Below are positions 46,867 to 57,072 of a stretch of 64,000 nt of DNA, piece by piece. The notes under the pieces are model-generated. The model was not told the DNA's origin. It ran no database searches and saw only the letters and a program-made list of their open reading frames with translations. The DNA is from Candidatus Aenigmatarchaeota archaeon (lineage in GTDB: Archaea; Aenigmatarchaeota; Aenigmatarchaeia; CG10238-14; SCSR01), in contig JACOWB010000007.1 of assembly GCA_016177025.1 (NCBI GenBank), positions 7,751 to 71,750 on the forward strand, written 5' to 3'. The translations under genes were made by a program, and so were the position numbers. Every line of letters starts with the position of its first letter. The stretch's first letter is position 1.

Positions 46867-47979
46867 ATGAAAATTTGTTTTTTAGCTGACGGGAGCAGAA
46901 AAGGCGGAGTCTTTATTCGAGAATGGATAAACTATTTTGTCAAGAATCATGAATTATCTTTGGTAACGTTCAATAAGCCAAGTGGCATAGATGAACGCGT
47001 TGATACGCATTACATACCTAGAATTGAAACAGGAAAATTGATGAAAACACTTAGTTTGCCGAACTTTATATTGAAGTTCAGGGGGCTGATAAAAAAAATA
47101 AATCCGGATATATTGTATGCTCATTATGTGTTGCATTACGGCTTAGCTGGAGCACTAAGCGGATTTCATCCTTTCGGATTGAGCCCTTTAGGAAGCGATA
47201 TAGCAACTGTTCCAGACAGAGCGCAAATATTTAGATATGCAACCACTTTTGCCTTGAAAAAGGCCGACCTGATACAAGTCCAAGACTTATTGAGTGCTGA
47301 AAGAGTGATGGAGCTTGGCGCCGATGAAAGAAAGATTTCGGTAATACCTTGGGGCGTGAATTTAGAAAAATTCAAAACTAGAAAAGTCGAAAAGGAATAC
47401 GATGTCATAAATGTCAACCGCTACAATGCAGACACCTTCATAAAAGCTATATCCATCGTGAAAAATGACATACCCAATATCAAAGTCCTTTGGTTAGGAG
47501 TAAAGGGAGAACATCATTTAATCGACTTGTTGAAAAAATTCGATGTCTTGAAAAATGTAAAGTTAGAAAGTTTTGTCAACAACCAAGATATCCCCAAGTA
47601 TTTATCGAAAGCTAGAATTTTTGTGGACGGTTTTTACCCCGGACATGATAAAGGAGGTCACAGCTATGGTGTTGCGCTTCACGAGGCTATGGCTTGCGGC
47701 ATACCAACAATCGTAGCCAACAGGCAGGAAATCTATAAATTGAAAGGAAAAAACAAATGGTATTTTGGCTGGACTTTCGATGGGAACAGGCACGAAGATT
47801 TAGCAAATAAGATAATATCCTTGTTAGAAAACGATGGCGAAAAAAAGAAAATCAGCAGAAAAAACAGAGAAATTGTCGAAAAAAGATTTAACTTCTCTAA
47901 AAACATGGAAAAAATAGAAAATGAGATGGAAAGGATAGTTGACAGTTATAAACAAAAGTCTTTAGACAAGGGAGAATAA
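46867..47979 (+). CDS. GT4 glycosyltransferase
   Basis: PDILYAHY, GSDI, YGVALHEAMACG. Confidence 0.85.
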   Translation: MKICFLADGSRKGGVFIREWINYFVKNHELSLVTFNKPSGIDERVDTHYIPRIETGKLMKTLSLPNFILKFRGLIKKINPDILYAHYVLHYGLAGALSGFHPFGLSPLGSDIATVPDRAQIFRYATTFALKKADLIQVQDLLSAERVMELGADERKISVIPWGVNLEKFKTRKVEKEYDVINVNRYNADTFIKAISIVKNDIPNIKVLWLGVKGEHHLIDLLKKFDVLKNVKLESFVNNQDIPKYLSKARIFVDGFYPGHDKGGHSYGVALHEAMACGIPTIVANRQEIYKLKGKNKWYFGWTFDGNRHEDLANKIISLLENDGEKKKISRKNREIVEKRFNFSKNMEKIENEMERIVDSYKQKSLDKGE

Positions 47980-48010
47980 TTTTTAAATACGTTAACATCA
48001 GGTTAAGATT

Positions 48011-48673
48011 ATGTTTCAATACCCAGAGCCAAACAAAGAAAAAATGTTCAAGAATCTCTTTGACAGAGAAAAATACAAAAATATACTGGATGTCGGTGCG
48101 TCAGTTTTTACCATAAATCTTTTGAAAAAATATTTTCCCGATGCATCTATTCAAGGCATTAATATAGAAATAATTCCTAGAGACAAAATACCAGAAATAA
48201 CTCTGGGAAATGCCGAAAGCTTGGCGTTCAAAGACAATTCTTTCGACCTAATCTTTAGTGTAGAAACTCTAGAGCACGTTATTTATCCAAATAAATTTAT
48301 CGAAGAAGTTAAAAGAGTTCTCAAACCAGGCGGAGATATAATCTTGGATACACCGAATTTGAATTCATGGTCCAATAGAATCTTAATGATGTTGGGATTT
48401 CCACCTACGAATTATACACCCTATCCGGGAAAAACTCCAGGTGTTCCTAAAATATTCGGGACATCCCCTGTATGGGATCATCCAAGAGTATTTCCTTACA
48501 GGTCATTAAAGGAAATCTTCAATTCAAATGGATTCAAATTGAAAAGAATTATGGGTATAAATAAAACAGATAAAGATACTTCTTTCAGAAAATTACGATT
48601 CATAGTAGAGAAGTTGACCCCACAATCTTGGCACGAGATTACGGTACTTAAAGCAACCATTGAAAAAAAGTAG
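48011..48673 (+). CDS. Class I SAM-dependent methyltransferase
   Basis: ILDVGA, FKDNSFD, TLEHV, RVLKPGG, TPN. Confidence 0.87.
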   Translation: MFQYPEPNKEKMFKNLFDREKYKNILDVGASVFTINLLKKYFPDASIQGINIEIIPRDKIPEITLGNAESLAFKDNSFDLIFSVETLEHVIYPNKFIEEVKRVLKPGGDIILDTPNLNSWSNRILMMLGFPPTNYTPYPGKTPGVPKIFGTSPVWDHPRVFPYRSLKEIFNSNGFKLKRIMGINKTDKDTSFRKLRFIVEKLTPQSWHEITVLKATIEKK

Positions 48674-48714
48674 AATTGATTTAATCCCGTTTTGATAAAT
48701 CAGGATAAGTTATT

Positions 48715-50259
48715 ATGATGAAGAATCCGTCTGATGCTAAGCATCCTATAAGAACGAAACTAATATCCAATGCGTTCTTTATCTTCATTGACTGGTTTGC
48801 ACTTTCTTTCTTTTCATTCCTTTACTGGTTTATCATAGGTAAAACTCTGCTTCCAGAAGAATACGGTATAGTATATGTGTTCCATAACATTACAGTGATA
48901 GTTTCAAGCCTTTTACCTTTGGGCACATCAATCTCTCTTTTCAAACTTATACCAGAGTACATACACAACAATCAATTAGGTAAGATAACCTCTTCTATAA
49001 GATTTACATTAAAATTGCTCACATTCACCACTTTAATTACGTCATTATTTATTTTCATATTTTCTGACACGATATCTACTCTTCTGAAGATACCAAAAAT
49101 CTTGGTATGGTTGCTGCCTGTAAGTTTGTTTTCTTACGCCGTTTTCAGCCATCAAGCAAGCATCATGCAAGGGTTTCAACATATCAGGAAATTAGCTATA
49201 ACTTCAGCTATAGGACAAATATTAAAAGTTGTCATAGCGGGTGTTCTAGTTTATGCTAATATGAGCTTTTTCGGCCCAATAATAGGTTTTATAGCATCTT
49301 CATTCATACTCATCGTAATACGAGGAGGTTATCTGTTTTACAATAAACCCCCAGTTAAAATCAACATTAAAGAAATTGTTCTAAAGTTTGGGGTAGCGGC
49401 ACTTTTGGACAGAATGTCCCTACTTCTACTCACCAGCAGCGCCTCATTAATTCTAGCATTCTTCTACACACCAGAAGTTGTCGGTATTTTTGGCGTATCC
49501 ATGCTAATAGGAGGTCAACTCAGTCTAGTACCGACAATATTTTCTTTTGCACTGTTTCCAATAACGTCACTACTTTCATCCAGTAAGAGGATGGAAAAAA
49601 GACAGTCCTATCTTATCAATTCTGTATTCAGATACACGCTTTTAATTACCTTGCCGATTATAATCTTTGTAACATTATTTTCAGGAAAACTAATTACACT
49701 ACTTTCACAGGAGTCGTATTTATCAGGAAAACCTCTAATACCCATATTGGCTATAGGCTCTTTACTTCTCGGCATATCAATCATATTTACGAGAAGCCTT
49801 TATGCCATTGGAAAAACTAATGTGCAAAGGAAGTTATTCATATTGACATCAGTCATCTATGTGGTTCTTTCATTCACATTAACGTATATGTTTTCAGCAT
49901 TAGGGGCCTCAATTGCTTATGCTATATCGTCGTTTGTTTTATTTGTAACTAGTTTCATTTATCTAAGAAAAATCTTAAAATTCGATATTCCCCTCAGAAG
50001 TATAAGAAAAATCATAGTAGCAAATATTGTTTCATTGGGAATTTTGTACGTTCTGTCAAATTTCGCACCCAATATTTTGATTGGTACTTTGTACACAATC
50101 TTAGTTGGAATGTTCTATTTGGTATTGCTACTCTTTCTCCGGTTTTATACTATAGATGATATAAACTTAATCAATGCCGTATCTAATCACATACCTATTG
50201 GTAAAAATTTAGTGAACAATCTGATAAAAATAATTTCAAAATATGCAGAAAAAAGCTGA
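48715..50259 (+). CDS. Wzx/MOP-type oligosaccharide flippase
   Basis: About 13-14 TM segments, LLPEEYG, VGIF, GASIA; located within the glycan cluster. Confidence 0.85.
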   Translation: MMKNPSDAKHPIRTKLISNAFFIFIDWFALSFFSFLYWFIIGKTLLPEEYGIVYVFHNITVIVSSLLPLGTSISLFKLIPEYIHNNQLGKITSSIRFTLKLLTFTTLITSLFIFIFSDTISTLLKIPKILVWLLPVSLFSYAVFSHQASIMQGFQHIRKLAITSAIGQILKVVIAGVLVYANMSFFGPIIGFIASSFILIVIRGGYLFYNKPPVKINIKEIVLKFGVAALLDRMSLLLLTSSASLILAFFYTPEVVGIFGVSMLIGGQLSLVPTIFSFALFPITSLLSSSKRMEKRQSYLINSVFRYTLLITLPIIIFVTLFSGKLITLLSQESYLSGKPLIPILAIGSLLLGISIIFTRSLYAIGKTNVQRKLFILTSVIYVVLSFTLTYMFSALGASIAYAISSFVLFVTSFIYLRKILKFDIPLRSIRKIIVANIVSLGILYVLSNFAPNILIGTLYTILVGMFYLVLLLFLRFYTIDDINLINAVSNHIPIGKNLVNNLIKIISKYAEKS

Positions 50260-50306
50260 AATGCATGTTAAAATATTCTAATATTGTAGAATGGTGATAA
50301 ATAAAA

Positions 50307-51473
50307 ATGAACAACGAACAAAAGTCTATCTCCTTGGCAAAAGAGTGGATACTTAATTCTGGTATACAGAATTTGAACTCGAATGGAGCTTTTAATGGCG
50401 GATTTAATTCATGGTTCGATGTGGAAAAGAAACGTTACCCGTTTATTTATTCTGAGATAACTGGATACGGGCTTACAACACTTCTCTTTTTGAACTCGAT
50501 ATTTAAAAATGAAATTTCTCTTTCAAGAGCGAAACTAGCCGCCGAATGGGTTATATCAAATGCATTTCACCCCAGTGGCGGGATAAAATCTCGATGTTAT
50601 TACGAAAAATCTGAGGAAGACGAACAATATTCATTTGAAAGAGGATTTCTTTATTCTTTTGACTCTGCAATTGTTATGAACGGTTTGTTAAATTTGTACG
50701 CCGCCATTAAAAATCCAGTATATTTGAAAACTGCACAGAAAATAGCCGACTTTTTAATTGATAAAATGATGACAAAAAAGGGCGTTTTCTATCCCTTATA
50801 CGATCAACTTTCCCAGACCACAAAAAGCACTTATGATAAATGGTCGACACAATCCGGCAGTTTTCATTCGAAGATTTTTATCGGATTGATAAAGTTATCA
50901 GAAATTACCAAAGAAGAGAGATACATAGAAGTAGTTAAAAAATCTCAAGGCACGCTTCTAAAGTTTCAAAGGAATGACGGCAGGTTCATAACAGACGAAA
51001 AGGATGGAAGCACAAATCTGCATCCACATTGCTATTCTATTGAAGGTTTATTGTATGCGGGAGTAAAACTCAACGACGAGAAGCTTATTGAAAGATTGGC
51101 AAAAGCGGTAGAATGGGTTTTTAATAACCAACTAGACGATTTCTCTATACCCCAATTATTTTCAAACAGAGGCTCTATAAAATACGAAAGATCGGATATT
51201 ACAGCCCAAGTTATAAGATTAGGTTCGTTTTTAATCCAGAACAACTACTTGGATGCAGGATATATGAAAAATTTAGATGCTTCAAAAGATCGTTTATTAT
51301 CCCTTCAAAATATGAACAATGAACAAAGGGGCGGTTTCTTCTACGGATTTGACCAAAATGGTATCAGACTAAAGCATCTCAATTCATGGTGCACAATGTT
51401 CTCAATCCAGGCGCTGGCATTTTACCACAGCCTTAAAAGCAAACAACAAATAAGTCTAAACTTAGTCATATGA
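50307..51473 (+). CDS. Putative alpha/alpha-toroid protein of glycan clusters
   Basis: YSEITGY, FDSA, HPHCYSIEG, RSDITAQ, NSWCTMF; helical repeats ending in QxxDG/GG. Confidence 0.6.
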   Translation: MNNEQKSISLAKEWILNSGIQNLNSNGAFNGGFNSWFDVEKKRYPFIYSEITGYGLTTLLFLNSIFKNEISLSRAKLAAEWVISNAFHPSGGIKSRCYYEKSEEDEQYSFERGFLYSFDSAIVMNGLLNLYAAIKNPVYLKTAQKIADFLIDKMMTKKGVFYPLYDQLSQTTKSTYDKWSTQSGSFHSKIFIGLIKLSEITKEERYIEVVKKSQGTLLKFQRNDGRFITDEKDGSTNLHPHCYSIEGLLYAGVKLNDEKLIERLAKAVEWVFNNQLDDFSIPQLFSNRGSIKYERSDITAQVIRLGSFLIQNNYLDAGYMKNLDASKDRLLSLQNMNNEQRGGFFYGFDQNGIRLKHLNSWCTMFSIQALAFYHSLKSKQQISLNLVI

Positions 51474-51552
51474 GCACAAATCCAATTTGTAGATATATGA
51501 CAGAAGTGTGGTTCAAGTCAAGTATTTAAAGATGTGTCCCATTTTCAAATAT

Positions 51553-52644
51553 ATGATCACTACTATAATCGGGACAAGGCCAGAAATTATTAAAATGTCT
51601 AATCTAATTCCATTGTTAGACAAGAATTTTGAGCACAAATTCATTTTCTCTGGACAACACTTCTCAAAAGAAATGGTAGATATTTTCTTTGGGCAATTGA
51701 AAGTCAGGCAACCGGATGTAGTTCTAAGTGCGGGAAACCTTGAACACAAACCAATGGCTAGTTCTGACTACACATATCTATTGCCGACTATAACAAATGA
51801 ACTAAAAGAAAACAAGTCAGACTACATTATAGTTTACGGTGATACAAATTCTACTCTCGCATCCACATTAATAGCTCAAAAATTCGGCAAAAAGGTTATA
51901 CATATAGAGGCCGGGTTGAGAAGCTATGATGACAGAATGGCAGAAGAGATGGTAAGAATATTGGTTGACCATATGAGCGATCTTTTATTCGCCCCTAGCG
52001 AATTGGCATCGATGTTTTTAGAGAAGGAGGGAATTAAAAATAACAAATTTGTAGTAGGCAATACAGTAGTCGATGCCTGTTTAAAATATTCAGAAATTGC
52101 CGACAGAGAAAGTAAAATTTTAGATACACTTGATTTAGAAAAAGATGAATATACACTGGCAACAATACACAGGGCCGAAAACGTCGATTCTCCTCAGAGA
52201 CTGATTAAAATATTGCGTGCTCTGTCTTCGATAGAGAAGCAGGTAGTTATACCAATACATCCGAGGCATAAAAAGAGACTGAGCGAATTCGGTTTCAATG
52301 TTCCTTCAAATATAAAATCAATAGAACCATTGGGTTATTTGGACACATTAAAACTTATGAAAAATTCGGCTTTTGTCTTGACAGACTCTGGAGGCATTCA
52401 AGAAGAAGCAATAACACTAAAAGTGCCATGCATAACTTTAAGGGAAACAACAGAAAGATGGGAGACTGTTTCTCTAGGGGCAAATTTCCTTACGGGAATC
52501 GATCCCACACTAATAAAGTATAAAGCAAAGATGATTTCCGACACAAATATGAAATCCAAGATAGAAAAAATAGAAAATCCATACGGTGACGGCACTGCTA
52601 GCGAAAAAATAACCAATATACTTTTGGATAAGGTTAATCACTAA
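51553..52644 (+). CDS. wecB: Non-hydrolysing UDP-GlcNAc 2-epimerase (WecB/WbpI)
   Basis: GTRPEIIK, GQH, VYGDTNS, HIEAGLRS, TDSGGIQEEA, NPYGDG. Confidence 0.95.
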   Translation: MITTIIGTRPEIIKMSNLIPLLDKNFEHKFIFSGQHFSKEMVDIFFGQLKVRQPDVVLSAGNLEHKPMASSDYTYLLPTITNELKENKSDYIIVYGDTNSTLASTLIAQKFGKKVIHIEAGLRSYDDRMAEEMVRILVDHMSDLLFAPSELASMFLEKEGIKNNKFVVGNTVVDACLKYSEIADRESKILDTLDLEKDEYTLATIHRAENVDSPQRLIKILRALSSIEKQVVIPIHPRHKKRLSEFGFNVPSNIKSIEPLGYLDTLKLMKNSAFVLTDSGGIQEEAITLKVPCITLRETTERWETVSLGANFLTGIDPTLIKYKAKMISDTNMKSKIEKIENPYGDGTASEKITNILLDKVNH

Positions 52645-52647
52645 AGG

Positions 52648-53223
52648 TTACATCACTTTTTCCATTGAATACATTGGAATATACTTACCATTCCAAAAAT
52701 CACCTTTTGCGTGTTTTTTGGTTATTTTAAATCCGATTTTTTTATACAAGTTTACTGCTTTTAGATTGTTTTGATACACACCCAACCTTATTTTCCTTAC
52801 ACCTTCTTCTTTTGCCTGTTCAAATATGTCATAAGACAGTTTTGTCCCTATGCCCAGGCCTTGATATTCTGGGTGGACTGCTACCGCATAAGCACCTTCA
52901 TTATTTTTAACCGTCAAAAAACATATTCCTACAACTTTACTGTTGGAAAGAGCAACTGAAAACAGGAAATGCGTGGCAAACGAAATTTTTTTAAGCAATT
53001 TCTTTACAAATGGAATTGACGACAAGACTAAAACAACTTGACCCCTATAATATCTCCAGTTTTTCCATTTGAATTCCAAAAATCTCTGGTGAAACAATTC
53101 ATGAAATTTTGGATCTGATATGGCCCCATTATAAAACTTGCTAATCTTAACAATGTTTTTCAGAGATAACTTTTCAAATTCTATCTGGTCACTTATCTTA
53201 TTTTTTGCCAGTTTGGTTTTCAT
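52648..53223 (-). CDS. GNAT acetyltransferase
   Basis: VHPEYQGLGIG, N.KAVNLYKKIGF. Confidence 0.85.
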   Translation of the reverse strand: MKTKLAKNKISDQIEFEKLSLKNIVKISKFYNGAISDPKFHELFHQRFLEFKWKNWRYYRGQVVLVLSSIPFVKKLLKKISFATHFLFSVALSNSKVVGICFLTVKNNEGAYAVAVHPEYQGLGIGTKLSYDIFEQAKEEGVRKIRLGVYQNNLKAVNLYKKIGFKITKKHAKGDFWNGKYIPMYSMEKVM

Positions 53224-53246
53224 GAAACAACGCCTGTCTAATAATA

Positions 53247-54368
53247 CTATATAACACCCGCTATCTTTTCGACATGCCATTCCCATGTGAACTGTTTCAC
53301 GTACATAATCCCATTTTCCTTGAATTTATTCGCCAATTCTTTATCAGTTAGTAATTTTTCAATCGCAATCGCAAGTTGTTTGCTATCCTTGGGGTTCACA
53401 ACAAGTCCGGTTTCATTATTCACAACGACACCCGTATCTTCAAACAAAGTCGTGGCCACAATCGGAACCCCAACCGCGGCAGCTTCGGTACACGGCATTC
53501 CCCAACCTTCCCCATAATAACTAGGTGCTACATAAATGTCACAATCCTTGTAGTAATAAGGCATGTCCTCTAGTTCTACTATGCCGGGAAAAATAAAGTT
53601 CTCCCGCAATTGAAATTCGTCAATCATTGTGTTTAATTTATCCAAGTACGGTTTGAATATGCTGGTCGCAGAGCCAGCGATTATTACTTTAAAATCTCTT
53701 CCATTCCCCTTCAAGATTTTACAGGCCTCAACCAAATATTCCAACCCTTTTTTTGGACGTATTCCAGCTGAAAAAAGTATAGGCGTATTCCCATTTATTC
53801 CAAATTTTCTTTTTACTGTGCCTGCTTCAACTTCTGGGTTAAATATGCCTGTATCTATGCCAAGAGGCGAATATACGATCTTACTTTCCTTTACTCCGAA
53901 ATGTGTATTCAAGTCCTTAATCATCTTTTTGTTTGTCACTATTATAGAATCTGCATATTTCGTCACGAGTTTATGTAAAAAATATCTTCCGATATTGATT
54001 ATTGAATTTGATCTAATAAACTTCTCAGCAAGCCCTAGATCATGGATTGTGACTACCAATTTTTTCCTTCTGAGAATCTTTGCGAATATGCCCAAAAAGC
54101 CGTGAAAATAAGTAGTTCCGAATATCGTATCATAGTCCAATCTAAGAGTGTTGAAGAGAGAGTGTAAAAAGAATCGTATTGCGTCAGGGAGAAAACTCCC
54201 GGTCTCCTTCACTCTTATTACATTATTTGTGTCCTCTATTTTATTCCTATAATAAGTGGTAATGATTTTTGTGTCGTGCCATTTCTTAAGTTTCGTAAAG
54301 CATTCATATGTATATAAACCTATACCCCCACCTAGGAACTGCCTTGAAATGATTAAGACCTTTTTCAT
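53247..54368 (-). CDS. GT4 glycosyltransferase
   Basis: GGGIG, TIHD, KKGLEYL, EGWGMPCTEA. Confidence 0.9.
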   Translation of the reverse strand: MKKVLIISRQFLGGGIGLYTYECFTKLKKWHDTKIITTYYRNKIEDTNNVIRVKETGSFLPDAIRFFLHSLFNTLRLDYDTIFGTTYFHGFLGIFAKILRRKKLVVTIHDLGLAEKFIRSNSIINIGRYFLHKLVTKYADSIIVTNKKMIKDLNTHFGVKESKIVYSPLGIDTGIFNPEVEAGTVKRKFGINGNTPILFSAGIRPKKGLEYLVEACKILKGNGRDFKVIIAGSATSIFKPYLDKLNTMIDEFQLRENFIFPGIVELEDMPYYYKDCDIYVAPSYYGEGWGMPCTEAAAVGVPIVATTLFEDTGVVVNNETGLVVNPKDSKQLAIAIEKLLTDKELANKFKENGIMYVKQFTWEWHVEKIAGVI

Positions 54369-54513
54369 AGATTAACAAATGAATCATTAAGGTTTTAAAA
54401 TTTATGGATAAAGCAGAGCGCCAAGTGATAGAATTTTTTAGGTGCTTCACAGAAAATTCATTCAAGCTAAAGTAAAAGTATTTAAATATAATTACCTATA
54501 ATTAGGTCTAATT

Positions 54514-54648
54514 ATGACTAATGGAAAAGATTACACAACGGTTTCAATCCCCACATCACTTTTCGGTAAAATTGAGAAAAAAATAAAGAAATTAGGTGGA
54601 TTTAGGTCTGTTTCTGAATTTGTGATGTACGTCTTGCGTGCTCTCTGA
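54514..54648 (+). CDS. Ribbon-helix-helix (CopG-like) microprotein, 44 aa, not in ORF track
   Basis: MTNGKDYTTVSIPTSLFGKIEKKIKKLGGFRSVSEFVMYVLRAL: beta strand, helix, GF.SVSEFV helix. Confidence 0.7.
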   Translation: MTNGKDYTTVSIPTSLFGKIEKKIKKLGGFRSVSEFVMYVLRAL

Positions 54649-54684
54649 ATAATCTCATGGATAACGATTTAAAAGAGATGGAAA

Positions 54685-55404
54685 ATGGCAAACAAATTGA
54701 TACTGGCATACCAGACGATGTGGAAATATCTCACATTTTTCAGATACAGGAACGGAATAAAAGTTCTAGAGAGAGAGTGGAACAACCTTATAATCCTTGA
54801 CTCGTGTAGGTATGATATCTTTGAAAGAATGAACACCATTAAAGGAAAACTCACAAAAGAAATAAGCAGGGGTTCGAATACTTTGGAATGGATAAGAGGG
54901 AATTTCAGGGGGCTCAAGAAAACTGATATTGATTACATATCTGCAAGTCCATACATATCTGAGGAGGTGCTGGCAAAGGAGATTGGACACAACCCTTTCA
55001 ATATAATAGATGTCTGGAACTGGGGATGGGATGATTCACTCAAAGTAGTTCATCCACAAACTATGGTGGATGCAGTCAAATCATATTACAAAGGCAATAG
55101 AACGGTGATACATTTTCTTCAGCCACACCAACCATTCTTAAACGGTGGAATAATTGAGATGAGTAAGGAAGAAATAATAAAAGCTTATGAAAGAAATCTT
55201 GAATTTGTGCTGAAGTATGTGAAAGACTTGGTGCCCATATTGAAAGGAAAAACTGTAATAATTGGTGACCATGGAGAATGCTATGGTGAATATTTCTTAT
55301 TCAAACATCCTTCTGTAAGGATAAAAGTCCTAAGGGAAGTTCCTTGGCTGGAAGTTGATGGAATGGATAAGGAAAACAAGGGGGTTGATTTAGATGGACA
55401 GTGA
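54685..55404 (+). CDS. Alkaline-phosphatase/sulfatase superfamily protein
   Basis: LIILDSCRYD, SRGSNT, HFLQPHQPF, GDHGE, HP, VPW. Confidence 0.82.
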   Translation: MANKLILAYQTMWKYLTFFRYRNGIKVLEREWNNLIILDSCRYDIFERMNTIKGKLTKEISRGSNTLEWIRGNFRGLKKTDIDYISASPYISEEVLAKEIGHNPFNIIDVWNWGWDDSLKVVHPQTMVDAVKSYYKGNRTVIHFLQPHQPFLNGGIIEMSKEEIIKAYERNLEFVLKYVKDLVPILKGKTVIIGDHGECYGEYFLFKHPSVRIKVLREVPWLEVDGMDKENKGVDLDGQ

Positions 55405-56191
55405 AAATAAAGAGTTTATAGACAAACACGATTTGGCTGACAAGTTCAGTTCACAGAGAACCGACAGGTGTATAATGTTAATGAGACCTGAAGTGAGGGC
55501 ACTTGTAGATTTACCTTTAGACGAGAAAATAAAGAAATCTAATGAGGTGATAAACGAAGCACTTGGAAAGTTTGGCAGGGTTGGTCTTGGATTCAGTGGA
55601 GGAACAGACAGTTTAGTGCTACTCCATATGGTAAGGCAGTTCAAACCTAATATACCATGCATATTTGTTGATACACAATTCGAGTTTCCAGAAACATACG
55701 ACTTTGTCAATAAAGTAGTTCTTGAGTGGAATATAACTGACTATCAGAAAGTCAGAGCAGAAAAGAATCGGCTAGAAGAGTTTAAACAAAAGTTTGGCTT
55801 TAAAACCCCAGAGTTTATTGTAGCCCACGATGGCTATCATAAGATAGAACCTATGGTAAAGGCGATTGAAGACAGGAGGTTTGACGCCTTTTTCGTAGGC
55901 TTGAGGGGAGTGGAGCATGAAGAGAGGGCAAAGGAAATATTCTTCTCGCCAAGGAAGAACCCCGAACATATCAGAATCCATCCATTGCTGTTTTGGAAAA
56001 AAAGTGATGTTCTGGATTATGTGAAAAAATTTAACCTTGAATGCAATCCTCTCTATGCTAAAGGGTACACATCCCTTGGGGACACCATATCCACAGAAAT
56101 AAACACGGATCCGAATGCGCATGAAAGAGCTGGAAGAGGAATTGTTAGGGAAACTGTGATGAAAAGGCTAAGAGACCTTGGATATACATGA
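55394..56191 (+). CDS. PAPS-reductase-fold PP-loop protein, CysD (sulfate adenylyltransferase subunit 2)-like
   Basis: FSGGTDS, DTQFEFPET, RIHPLLFW, YTSLG, ERAGR, C-terminus MKRLRDLGY; no ECG(L/I)H. Confidence 0.75.
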   Translation: MDSENKEFIDKHDLADKFSSQRTDRCIMLMRPEVRALVDLPLDEKIKKSNEVINEALGKFGRVGLGFSGGTDSLVLLHMVRQFKPNIPCIFVDTQFEFPETYDFVNKVVLEWNITDYQKVRAEKNRLEEFKQKFGFKTPEFIVAHDGYHKIEPMVKAIEDRRFDAFFVGLRGVEHEERAKEIFFSPRKNPEHIRIHPLLFWKKSDVLDYVKKFNLECNPLYAKGYTSLGDTISTEINTDPNAHERAGRGIVRETVMKRLRDLGYT

Positions 56192-56300
56192 TAATATGGA
56201 AGAAAACAAAGACTTGTCAGGACGAAAGCTATATTTGAAGAATGTAAGCACGTTCCATATTCTTTGATAATTTAGTATAAGCCTATTTATCGATTCACCT

Positions 56301-56972
56301 TTAATTTTTTTCCACAAGAAATATTGTCTGGTCGTCCTCTATTTTCACAGATTTTTTGACATTGTGGCCAATTTCTTTATAAATTCTAGGGTAGTCATGT
56401 GTCCAATTATGTTCGGCAAGGTTTCCCTTAAAATCCTTTTTAAAGAACTCCATATTTAGAACATGCCTTTTTGAAACCCTAAGAAGTTCTTTCATTGCTT
56501 CTCTGATTTTATCCGGAGGAACATGCATGAGTACTTCTGATGTAAAAACCAAATCAAACGATCTGTCTGGGAAATCAAGTTTGTAAATGCTTCCTTGGTG
56601 TAGCTCCACTTTTTTATCACCTATGTAATTTTTGGCATTCTCAATCTGATCGTTGCTCAGGTCGATTCCTACTATCTTCTCCAGTTCAAAATTATTGTTT
56701 ACAAGTTTGAGTATTCTTCCAAAACCGCATCCTACTTCCAAGATGCTTTTGAACTCTAATGTTTTGAGGGCGCCCAACAAGAGCTTTTCATTCGCTAGAT
56801 AACCCCGTTTTTCCATTTCAGACAAACCGTTATACCAGTTATAATATACTTTCCCTCGTTTCGTCCAGTATTTTTCAGGATTGAATTTTATGATTTTCCT
56901 AATTGTTCTTTTAGCTATCGCATTCCTATATTTCCTGATGTTGTTTAATAATTTCATCCAATCAACCATCAA
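56301..56972 (-). CDS. Class I SAM-dependent methyltransferase
   Basis: ILEVGCGFG, FPDRSFDLVF, VLMHV. Confidence 0.88.
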   Translation of the reverse strand: MMVDWMKLLNNIRKYRNAIAKRTIRKIIKFNPEKYWTKRGKVYYNWYNGLSEMEKRGYLANEKLLLGALKTLEFKSILEVGCGFGRILKLVNNNFELEKIVGIDLSNDQIENAKNYIGDKKVELHQGSIYKLDFPDRSFDLVFTSEVLMHVPPDKIREAMKELLRVSKRHVLNMEFFKKDFKGNLAEHNWTHDYPRIYKEIGHNVKKSVKIEDDQTIFLVEKN

Positions 56973-57072
56973 TATGCTGTCTGCGATTATATGCTAATCC
57001 AGATTTATATACCATTTTATAACAGAGAATTAATTTTAAAAAGTTTATTAGTTTGATAGCTGTTGATAATTT

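Noticed and set aside
55394..56191. Assimilatory PAPS/APS reductase (cysH)
   Set aside because: It lacks the catalytic C-terminal Cys motif and the Fe-S cysteines.
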